Shown here: one piece after another, positions 1-7,451 of the stretch
How the letters are laid out: each line of letters starts with the position of its first letter
Numbering within the stretch: the stretch's first letter is position 1
Source of the DNA: an uncultured archaeon
Lineage (GTDB): Archaea; Asgardarchaeota; Lokiarchaeia; Sigyniarchaeales; SOKP01
Assembly (NCBI GenBank): GCA_964508365.1
Contig: CAZDTP010000070.1
Span: 1-16,794 of the forward strand
Direction of reading: 5' to 3'
Length of the DNA stretch: 16,794 bases
The notes under the pieces: generated by a model
What the model saw: the letters and a program-made list of their open reading frames with translations, nothing else
The model's database searches: none
Told to the model about the DNA's origin: nothing
Translations under genes and position numbers: made by a program

Positions 1-429
1 TATTCGATTTTTGGTTAGTTAAATCAATGATTCATTGAAATTATTATAAATATATGAAACCTTGACAAAATTTTTATTAATCCTATTATAAACCGTTAAT
101 GCTGTCATGATTTAAATTATAAATTCTCCTCAATTTCTACACTATTTATTTTAAAATTATATTTTTTAGCAAAATTTGCATAATAATAAAAATCATCGTC
201 CTTTTTTTCCTTGGAATATTAAGAATTACCACTTTAAATAAACCTAGATTTTTCTTAACAACATTGTATATTAAACTCCTTATAAAATTATCGACTTTAA
301 AATAGAGATTTTATTTTTATTCAAAATTAATATTAAATTTTATGAACTAAGAATCGACTTAATAGAGTCGTATATGAAATTTTTAAGAAGAAAAATTTCC
401 CTTTTTGTGTGTGGATAAATAGTAAATAT

Positions 430-457
430 TTAGTTAATTTTTTACAAAATTAACTAA
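430..457. terminator. Perfect 12-bp inverted repeat (TTAGTTAATTTT-ttac-AAAATTAACTAA); possible terminator or protein-binding site
   Basis: Arms 430-441 and 446-457 are exact reverse complements. The hairpin overlaps the minus-strand stop codon (450-452) of the gene-tail remnant. It is very AT-rich, so the stem is weak. Confidence 0.4.
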
Positions 458-497
458 TTTGATAAAAATTTTCTTCAAATTCAGGTTTATCTTCATA
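450..497 (-). pseudogene. Isolated 3'-end remnant of a DUF362-like gene (YEDKPEFEENFYQIS*), tail B
   Basis: The minus-strand translation matches the C-terminus of the 4536-4859 fragment (YEGKPEFEEKFF*II*) and the remnant at 4483-4533. It has 38/48 nt identity to 4483-4530. There is no upstream gene body. Confidence 0.75.
471..485 (+). repeat. 15-bp exact direct repeat TTCTTCAAATTCAGG (second copy 4504-4518, 4033 bp apart)
   Basis: Read directly from the sequence. It is the identical core of tails B and A. Confidence 0.9.
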
Positions 498-598
498 TTA
501 TAAGATTTAAATTTCACATTTCGGATACTTATCAAAAAGAAAATTTCAAAAATTAAAAAAAAATTAAGGTTTTACCTAAAAAATCAATAGTTCTTGGT

Positions 599-1225
599 TC
601 AAAAGCTCCTTGATTTTCCTTTCATATCGAAACTCGCTATAACCCCACTTCTATTCTTGAACTCCCAATTCCTTTCAAAATCTTTATAGTTCCAGAAATG
701 AGTGTTACAGATTTTTAAATCTGAAAGGTACATGCCGAATAGAGAATTTTCAAGTCTTTGAGGATTTTTTCCATCGAGTCCTGGAGTATAGGATAATTTC
801 ATTTCTCCGTAAGGCATAGTAATGTGGAAAGTATTTCCCTCTTGATTAAAATTAATATCCACATATTTTATTCCTAAAATTTTCGTTAGAATCATCCCAC
901 CAGGAATTTTATTAGTAAAAAACGGTTCTAAATATTTCCTTTGTTCGTCAGTAGTTTTATCGCTTATGTATAACCCTCCTTCTCCACCTTTAGTCAATAC
1001 ATCCGCAGCTTTATTAGAATATAAATCAATTACATGAATTGCCATTACACCGCCGATATCTACATTGCCTATTTTTCCTTCGTCATATTGGAATAATTGA
1101 AATGATTTACATGGAGTTTCTCTATCTCTTCCAAAATAATACGAACAATGCCCCTCTGAGGCGCATGCCTCATACCAACTACCTTTTGCACTCCAACTAA
1201 TTTTTTCTTTTACTTCTTTAGACAT
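599..1225 (-). CDS. DUF1326 family protein (putative metal-binding)
   Basis: 208 aa. The N-terminal W-x2-KG-x-WYEAC...C...PC...F-x-YDEGKIG-x-VDIGG pattern and C-terminal N-x-H-F-W...W-x-F-x-NRSG-x2-A-x-F pattern resemble DUF1326, recognised from memory rather than by search. Confidence 0.75.
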   Translation of the reverse strand: MSKEVKEKISWSAKGSWYEACASEGHCSYYFGRDRETPCKSFQLFQYDEGKIGNVDIGGVMAIHVIDLYSNKAADVLTKGGEGGLYISDKTTDEQRKYLEPFFTNKIPGGMILTKILGIKYVDINFNQEGNTFHITMPYGEMKLSYTPGLDGKNPQRLENSLFGMYLSDLKICNTHFWNYKDFERNWEFKNRSGVIASFDMKGKSRSF

Positions 1226-1614
1226 TCTTTTACCCTTCTATCTTTGCATATTTATAATTACTATATTATCTATCAAATGGAAAATAAAAATTTTCATAAG
1301 AAAAGAGTTTAAAATCATATTTAATGTTATTGACTCCTTTGTCTAAAGGTAGGCTTTAACGCATTTAATAGTTGTATTTAAAATTGTTTCTCATTTGAAA
1401 GATGTGAATAGAATAATTAGAAAAAAAGGATGAATTTCAAGATTGGTACGAGAATTCATGATCTTTATACGGAAGATTTCCACAGACTATTGAAACTTAA
1501 ATATAAAAGTAATAAGTACACAAATGGTGCCTTAATCGATTAAAAAGCAACTACGGTAAGTTTTATATTTAATTAAAAATTCATATTCTCAAATATAGAT
1601 CGAGGTCCTAATAT

Positions 1615-2556
1615 TTGAAAAATCCTATTATTCAGACTTTTGGGGTAACAAAAGTTTTTAAAGATGTTATAGCAGTCAATAAATTAGATTTAAAGGTTAC
1701 AGGGGGGATTTACGGACTCTTAGGACCTAATGGTGCTGGAAAAACCACCACTATAAAAATGATGATTGGTTCACTGTTTCCAACAGAAGGGCGTATAGAG
1801 CTGTTTGGACATGATATTCATGGGAAAGACAAAATGGATATCCAAAAACGTATTGGATATGTCCCTGAACATCCAACATATTTCCAGTCTATGACAGCAG
1901 AAAAATTACTTACTTATATCGGATCGGTTTTTCATATGCCAATCCAAGAAACCAAGAAAAAAATTAAAGAACTTCTTCGGCTTGTGGATTTATCTGATGC
2001 GAGAACACGTATTATCGCAAAATATTCTGCTGGAATGAAACAAAGAATAGGTATTGCTCAAGCTCTCATGAATGATCCTGAATTACTAATTTTAGATGAA
2101 ATTACTTCAAATCTGGATCCAGTTGGTCGGAATCAAATTATTGAACTTCTTAAGAATCTCAACAAGGAAGGTAAAACGATTTTTATTTCGACTCACATTT
2201 TACCTGAGATCCAAAAAATGAAAGCTGATTCTATAGCTATTATTGATCGTGGTCGTCTTATTATGGAGGGAAGTATCGATGAGTTAAATGACGAACTGAA
2301 AACTCAAGTAATCGTTATTAGCCCTAATCATAAACTGTTCCGAGAAGCTCTCTCATCTGTTGTTCCAAATATCACTGAAGAAGTAGATTCTCTTATACTT
2401 AATACTGATAAATTAGATGAAGTCTGGCAGATAATAGCGAATATTTCCCTTCAAAATAAAATTGTTATTAAGGAATTTCGATCTACTGGAATAGATATTG
2501 AACAAATCTTTATGAAAGCATTAAATTCTGAACAGCTTGGAGGGATAGAGAAATGA
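1615..2556 (+). CDS. ABC transporter ATP-binding protein (ABC-2/CcmA-like exporter)
   Basis: Walker A GPNGAGKTT, signature YSAGMKQR, Walker B ILDE, H-loop STHIL. TTG start. The stop overlaps the next start (ATGA, 2553-2556). Confidence 0.95.
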   Translation: MKNPIIQTFGVTKVFKDVIAVNKLDLKVTGGIYGLLGPNGAGKTTTIKMMIGSLFPTEGRIELFGHDIHGKDKMDIQKRIGYVPEHPTYFQSMTAEKLLTYIGSVFHMPIQETKKKIKELLRLVDLSDARTRIIAKYSAGMKQRIGIAQALMNDPELLILDEITSNLDPVGRNQIIELLKNLNKEGKTIFISTHILPEIQKMKADSIAIIDRGRLIMEGSIDELNDELKTQVIVISPNHKLFREALSSVVPNITEEVDSLILNTDKLDEVWQIIANISLQNKIVIKEFRSTGIDIEQIFMKALNSEQLGGIEK

Positions 2557-4439
2557 ATAATATAATTCAGAAGCTAAAGAAACTCAAATTACCTATTTTG
2601 ATCCTTAGCCTATTCATTGCTGCTGGCTTTATTATCCAATATACCATAATAAATGAAAATAAATCAGAAACTTTTTCGCAAGACTTTTCTACTCCGCTTC
2701 AAAATAGTATAACTTATGAAAGCGGAAATATTCTAATCGAGAACCAAACGATCTTAGAGGATATTATCATAAAGTTTACCGCAAGTGTCAGTGTAGTGAA
2801 CTCTACTCTACAAGGAAGCATCTACATGTTCAATATGGGGAATTTATTCATACTTCAAAAATCAAACATTACACAGAATTTAATCATATCAGATTTTTCA
2901 ACTCTTTTTATAGATAATTCAACAATTGGAGGTTCTATTGAATGTCGAGATACTACATCTATGGAACTCTTTGAATGCTACACTCCTACAACAACAGTTT
3001 GGAAATTTGATTATGCTAATATAATTCTAAATAGTAGTAATCTCGACACACTCAATGAATTTGGAATTGCTGGGAACATCCATGTTGTTAATTCTAAGAT
3101 TAATTTAGTATCGCTGAATGGATTGTCATCCTCACGTACGTATATTACAAATTCTAATATTCTCTTGTTAAATGATCTGGTGTTTCCATCAAATGTGATC
3201 ACAGGCCCATTTAGATTTGGCATTTTTACTTTCAATATTAGTTACTCTACTTCCGAAAGGATTATTAACCTCACATGGATAGGATGGGATAGCCCTATTA
3301 TAGATGGTTATCTTAACATTACATTTCAAATTTATTTCGATAACCAGTTTTATGCTAAAATTAATGGCTCTGGTTTTCATGATCAATATTCTAGTAGTTA
3401 TCAAATAGAAATATCTGATCCCGGCGAACATAATATAACTATTGTTTCCATTGACAGCATGGGTAATAAGTATTCATCAACAATTATTATTGAACTACTT
3501 ACCTATCCACCATTTCAATGGATACCTTTCTTTATACTTATAGCGGCAATTACAGGGTTGATCGCAGGAATGATAATTTGGATAAAGAGAAAACAAAACC
3601 GAGGTTATTTTAGTTCAATAGGAACAATTTTTAAAACCGAATTAGTCGCGGGTAAGAATAAACTTCTAATTTTTGCTATAACGAGCGCTGCTCCGGGAAT
3701 ATTACTATCTTTATCCTTCTGGGTAATAAATCATCTGGTAGGTTCGATTGCTTTTGATGGTATCAGAGACTTGATTAATATGTTCTTTAATATTTACATC
3801 TACTATTTTGGACTGATCTTCAGCATTAGTATAGGGGCAGGTTCAGTGGCTAACGATAAAAAGAATGGTTCATTGTCATGGTTTTTTAGTAAGCCTGTGA
3901 GACGGTGGGAATTTCTTTGGGGAAAAATTTTGGCCTTCATAGTAATGATTGTCATTACAATGATTTGTGTATCCATTTCATTTACATTAGGGTCGATATT
4001 TTATGTTGATCCCATCTATATTACAGATATATTATCCATAGGAGGATATATATTTCTTATCGGTCTTATAGCACTTCTCCCATTGACAGCTATCGTTGTT
4101 TTTTGCTCAAGCGTATTTAAAAAAGTTGGGCTTGCATATTTCGTTCCCATCTTGGTTTTTATGGCTATGCCTTCACTGATCAGCTTTCTCACGATCTTAG
4201 CAGGAAGTGATTGGCCACTTCTATTTTCCTTCACATATTATTTCGAGCAATTAGGAAAGGTTTGGATCTCAAATGTCGGAGGATTATTTGGTTCAATAGG
4301 AAGTTATGGGGGCCTTTTGGGAATAACTATTACACCTTTAACTCTTGATCCTATTACGATTATTCTAATTATGGTTGCTTTAACCATAATTTTCCTTAGC
4401 CTTGCGACCTTGATCTTCCAAAAACAAGATATTCCTTAA
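2553..4439 (+). CDS. ABC-2 type permease fused to an N-terminal ~290-aa extracellular beta-rich region
   Basis: Layout: N-terminal hydrophobic segment, long polar beta-type region with 11 N-x-S/T sequons, TM helix, then a permease with the DKKNGSLSWFFSKPVRRWEFLWGK motif and multiple TM helices. Translationally coupled to the ATPase. Confidence 0.85.
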   Translation: MNNIIQKLKKLKLPILILSLFIAAGFIIQYTIINENKSETFSQDFSTPLQNSITYESGNILIENQTILEDIIIKFTASVSVVNSTLQGSIYMFNMGNLFILQKSNITQNLIISDFSTLFIDNSTIGGSIECRDTTSMELFECYTPTTTVWKFDYANIILNSSNLDTLNEFGIAGNIHVVNSKINLVSLNGLSSSRTYITNSNILLLNDLVFPSNVITGPFRFGIFTFNISYSTSERIINLTWIGWDSPIIDGYLNITFQIYFDNQFYAKINGSGFHDQYSSSYQIEISDPGEHNITIVSIDSMGNKYSSTIIIELLTYPPFQWIPFFILIAAITGLIAGMIIWIKRKQNRGYFSSIGTIFKTELVAGKNKLLIFAITSAAPGILLSLSFWVINHLVGSIAFDGIRDLINMFFNIYIYYFGLIFSISIGAGSVANDKKNGSLSWFFSKPVRRWEFLWGKILAFIVMIVITMICVSISFTLGSIFYVDPIYITDILSIGGYIFLIGLIALLPLTAIVVFCSSVFKKVGLAYFVPILVFMAMPSLISFLTILAGSDWPLLFSFTYYFEQLGKVWISNVGGLFGSIGSYGGLLGITITPLTLDPITIILIMVALTIIFLSLATLIFQKQDIP

Positions 4440-4482
4440 AACCAAAGAAAGAATTGGAGAGAGATTTGAATATAAAAAAGAA

Positions 4483-4533
4483 TTAGATTACTTGATAAAA
4501 TTGTTCTTCAAATTCAGGCTTACCCTTATACTT
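4483..4533 (-). pseudogene. Isolated 3'-end remnant of a DUF362-like gene (KYKGKPEFEEQFYQVI*), tail A
   Basis: The minus-strand translation matches tail B and the tail of the adjacent plus-strand fragment. It is bounded upstream by TTATAA (4534-4539). Confidence 0.8.
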
Positions 4534-4837
4534 TTATAAAAAACGCTTGGAAAGGAGAACCTTTTGATAGTATTGAGTTCTTAAATGGTAAGATTATGGA
4601 ACCTAGTCCAGGAATGAATAAAACAGTTTTATTTGGAAAATGTCAATTTGAAAAAAATAAAGATCATCCATATATCAATGAGATGATCCCCATTAAAGGT
4701 TGTTCTCCGACCATGGAAGAGGTAAAAGAAGCGTTTAGTCAGATTGGAATTGAAATAGATCCGATGATAATTAAAAAAATCGACAAAGGAGTAGGAATTC
4801 TAATGAAAAAATACGAGGGAAAGCCTGAATTTGAAGA
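4505..4837. repeat. 17-bp exact inverted repeat (4505-4521 TCTTCAAATTCAGGCTT / 4821-4837 AAGCCTGAATTTGAAGA) flanking 299 bp
   Basis: Read directly from the sequence. Confidence 0.9.
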
Positions 4838-4859
4838 GAAGTTCTTTTAGATTATATAA
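4536..4859 (+). pseudogene. 5'-truncated C-terminal fragment of a DUF362-like Fe-S protein (includes ORF 4596-4850)
   Basis: The frame stays open upstream of the ATG and reads IKNAWKGEPFDSIEFLNGKIMEPSPGMNKTVLFGKC...KGCSP...KYEGKPEFEE. I recall this as the C-terminal extension of DUF362 proteins; it needs an HMM check. There is no N-terminal domain, and the TAG at 4848-4850 precedes the family-aligned TAA at 4857-4859. Confidence 0.6.
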
Positions 4860-4920
4860 AATCTATTATTTCTATTTTTTTTTAATAAATAATGTAAATA
4901 AATTTAGGAGTAATAAGCGA

Positions 4921-6042
4921 TTACCTCTTAAAATAATCTAACACCTTTTTCACACAACCGAATGAACTCTTTATCTTACTTACATCGCAAGAATAAGTCA
5001 TATTATATAAAACGATGTGTTTTAACCCGACATTAGCATAAGCTTCAATTTTCGATATAATCTCATCTGGCGTACCATGTAAAAAGGTTTCTTGGCATAA
5101 TTTTGAGGGAATTTTATCTAAAGCTTCAATCATTGTTTCACGGTTATACTGTGTAGGGATATAATCAAGAAGTCCATAAAAATTCTCGCCAAGGGGATGT
5201 GTAATTCCAAACTGTTTAAAATACTCATTTGATTGAAGAAGACAATAGTTCTTTACAAATGCTGTTTCTAACATTCTATCGCATTCACTATGATCTTCAT
5301 CAATAATAATATTGTGCCAAAGACCAGGAGTAATATCATTTGGATTTCTTCCTACTTTTTTAGCTGAATTCCGAATAGTATTAAGCTTTTCTTTATAAGT
5401 TGAGACATCAAAATTTGTCGGTAGCCATCCATCTGCTAATCTTCCTGTTAAATCACACATCTTAGGTCCATGTGCTGCGACCCATATGGGAGGATACTTT
5501 CCTTCTGTATAAGGTTTTATAGAAAGTACAGCATTTTTTAATTTCCAAAATTCGCCATCAAAGCTTACCTTTCCTTCATTTTCCCAAAGAAGTTTAATAA
5601 TTTTGATTGCTTCCTCTAATCTACTTACAGGTTTCTCCCATTTTATACCATAAGGAATAACATTTTCCCCTTCCCCTGTTCCGATACCAAGAATAGCACG
5701 TCCTTTTGAGATATGATCCAAAGTTATAAATGTTTGAGCAAGAATTGCTGGATGCCTTCTAAATGATTCAGTAACACTTGTACCCAGTTTCACTTTTTTA
5801 GTTACCCACGCTGCAATTGCAATCACAGAAGACACATCGTAAAAATCATGAGGGCTATTTTGAATATTAGACATTTGAATAAGATCGGGAGACCAGATTG
5901 ATTCGGGAATCCAACCCATTAGATGATCTGCAAACCATACTGAATCATATCCTGTTTCTTCTATCCTTTTAACAGTTTCAATTCCTCTGTCAAAGGGAGG
6001 GATGAAAGTCCCTTCTGTTCCGATTTTTATATCAAGATCCAT
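4921..6042 (-). CDS. LLM-class flavin/F420-dependent oxidoreductase (Rv2951c ketoreductase-like subgroup)
   Basis: Motifs DSVWFADHLMGW, RRHPAILAQ, GRAILGIGTGE...PYG, PPIWVAAHGPKM, GRLADGWLP and HPLG. Confidence 0.9.
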   Translation of the reverse strand: MDLDIKIGTEGTFIPPFDRGIETVKRIEETGYDSVWFADHLMGWIPESIWSPDLIQMSNIQNSPHDFYDVSSVIAIAAWVTKKVKLGTSVTESFRRHPAILAQTFITLDHISKGRAILGIGTGEGENVIPYGIKWEKPVSRLEEAIKIIKLLWENEGKVSFDGEFWKLKNAVLSIKPYTEGKYPPIWVAAHGPKMCDLTGRLADGWLPTNFDVSTYKEKLNTIRNSAKKVGRNPNDITPGLWHNIIIDEDHSECDRMLETAFVKNYCLLQSNEYFKQFGITHPLGENFYGLLDYIPTQYNRETMIEALDKIPSKLCQETFLHGTPDEIISKIEAYANVGLKHIVLYNMTYSCDVSKIKSSFGCVKKVLDYFKR

Positions 6043-6077
6043 CTTATCACTTTAATATATTTTATGAATACTTATAG

Positions 6078-6110
6078 AAATTCTAAAAATTTTATAAACC
6101 TATAGAATTT
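6078..6110. promoter_or_regulatory. Divergent promoter: palindromic TATA box TTTATAAA (6091-6098) centred in an 8-bp inverted repeat AAATTCTA/TAGAATTT
   Basis: Lies in the 159-bp gap between the divergent LLM genes. An AGGAG RBS-like motif at 6186-6190 precedes ATG 6202. Confidence 0.45.
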
Positions 6111-6201
6111 TTATACTTATTACAAACAAAATAAATAACAAATATGTTAGGACTAAAATTTCTAAAATTTAATGAGAAATTAAAAAGGAGATTGATTTAA
6201 A

Positions 6202-7248
6202 ATGAGATTTAGTTTTCATATTCCTGTACCGACTCCCCGGCTTGAATTAATGATTGAGGGTACAAAGAAAGCCGAAGAATGTGGGTTTTTTGGCGTTTTT
6301 TATGCTGATCATACAGTAATGCTACCCCCAGGCCCTGGAACTTGTTATGATGCATATTGTTTTTTAACTTCTTTAGCTATGGTGAGTAAAAACATCAAAT
6401 TATGCACTGGCGTATCTGATTGTCATCGTTTTCACCCTGCTCTAATGGCACATAAGGTTGCAACTTTAGATGTGATTTCTAATGGACGAGCGATGATTGG
6501 CATTGGGGCAGGTGAAGCAATGAATATTGATATGTATGGATTAAATCGGAATAGATCAGTGACTAAATTGAGAGAATATATTATTTTAATGAGAAAGTTT
6601 TGGACAAAGAAAAAGGTGAATGCAGATAGTGAATTCTGGGGAAAAATCAAGAATGCATATATTCAAATAAAACCTATTCAAGAAACGCCACCAATTTATG
6701 TTGCAGGTAATGGTCCAAAAACCCGTCAAATAACTGGAGAATTAGCTGATGGCTGGTATCCACTGTATCAACCTCCATGGGTTTTTAAAAAGAATGCAAA
6801 AGAGGTTATTGATGCAGCTAAAATAAGTGGTAGAGATCCCTCTAAAATTGATTTTGTATATGATTGTTTTGTAGCAATTGACGATGATGACCCTCAAAAA
6901 GCAATTGGGAGATGTGAATTTTTTAAGTCATCCTATGTATTAAATGCTTCAATTACAAATCAGGCATACCCCAATTTAAATATACCCGAAGATGTAAATG
7001 TACACAATTTTGAAATGACTACTGAAGGCGTTTCAGAACAATTACAATATTTAGATAAACTACCTGATTCAGTTCTTCAAGATTTTAATTGTTTAGGTAC
7101 AACCGAAGATGTAATCGCTAGTATCGAAGAATATAAAAAAGCGGGAGTAAACAATTTAAGTATTATGAATAGAGGTCCGGATCCAAATAAAGTATATGAG
7201 ATTTTTAGAGATAAAATTATACCATATTTTAATGATATGGAAACATAA
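6202..7248 (+). CDS. LLM-class flavin/F420-dependent oxidoreductase (Mer-like)
   Basis: Motifs YADH, HPALMAHKVATLDVISNGRAMIGIGAGE, PPIYVAGNGPKT and GELADGW. An RBS-like motif lies upstream. Confidence 0.9.
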   Translation: MRFSFHIPVPTPRLELMIEGTKKAEECGFFGVFYADHTVMLPPGPGTCYDAYCFLTSLAMVSKNIKLCTGVSDCHRFHPALMAHKVATLDVISNGRAMIGIGAGEAMNIDMYGLNRNRSVTKLREYIILMRKFWTKKKVNADSEFWGKIKNAYIQIKPIQETPPIYVAGNGPKTRQITGELADGWYPLYQPPWVFKKNAKEVIDAAKISGRDPSKIDFVYDCFVAIDDDDPQKAIGRCEFFKSSYVLNASITNQAYPNLNIPEDVNVHNFEMTTEGVSEQLQYLDKLPDSVLQDFNCLGTTEDVIASIEEYKKAGVNNLSIMNRGPDPNKVYEIFRDKIIPYFNDMET

Positions 7249-7251
7249 AAA

Positions 7252-7271
7252 TTTTTTTATTTTTCTTTTTT
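7252..7271 (+). terminator. T-rich archaeal-type terminator
   Basis: Oligo-T tracts immediately follow the TAA of 6202-7248. Confidence 0.45.
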
Positions 7272-7287
7272 CTCTTGAAATTAATTC

Positions 7288-7392
7288 TTAAAAGAAAATC
7301 CCTTTCTTACGAGCAAAATATTTAACTATTTTAAAAGATACGTTACAGATTAGCGAAATTAAAAAACACACCAACCAATCAAACGTTTTAAG
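7288..7392 (-). pseudogene. Isolated 3'-end remnant of a P-type ATPase gene (LKTFDWLVCFLISLICNVSFKIVKYFARKKGIFF*)
   Basis: 23/34 aa identical to the C-terminus of 8798-11659 (LTGLDWLVCFLISLICIVSFEFIKYMARRSGIYF*), with the same length to the stop codon and many synonymous changes. Confidence 0.9.
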
Positions 7393-7412
7393 TTACATTA
7401 ACTATTTTAAAA
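7322..7412 (+). repeat. 15-bp exact direct repeat TTAACTATTTTAAAA (7322-7336 and 7398-7412)
   Basis: Read directly from the sequence. The second copy sits at the boundary where ATPase similarity ends. Confidence 0.8.
7344..7365 (+). repeat. 22-bp exact direct repeat TACAGATTAGCGAAATTAAAAA (second copy 8854-8875, 1510 bp apart)
   Basis: Read directly from the sequence. It is the identical core shared by the remnant and the intact ATPase tail. Confidence 0.9.
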
Positions 7413-7451
7413 ATTAAATTGTTTTAGGAATAAGTTTTAAATTTACTTGGT

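Noticed and set aside
22-290. Short minus-strand frames (MTALTVYNR..., 29 aa after GAGGAG; ...YSKEKKDDDFYYYANFAKKY...)
   Set aside because: Too short and AT-rich to distinguish from noise. Possibly a remnant, but unsupported.
291-370. Near-repeat TCGACTT..AATAGAG (291, 354) with a small CGACT/AGTCG dyad
   Set aside because: Short, imperfect, and not linked to an identifiable promoter.
1410-1500. Protein-like stretch LEKKDEFQDWYENS*SLYGRFPQTIET* and a 37-codon ORF starting at 1430
   Set aside because: May be another decayed gene, but it matches nothing in the window and no family I recognise. It needs TBLASTX.
3011-4234. Minus-strand ORFs 3011-3235, 3189-3431 and 4016-4234
   Set aside because: Short antisense shadows of the permease gene with no recognisable motifs.
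450-4859. Repeats as a CRISPR array or integron attC sites
   Set aside because: Only three irregularly spaced copies, which encode protein tails. There are no spacers, cas genes or attC-like stem structure.
7288-7392. Tail repeats as DGR template/variable repeats
   Set aside because: Differences are mostly synonymous and involve all bases rather than template adenines. No reverse transcriptase is in the window.
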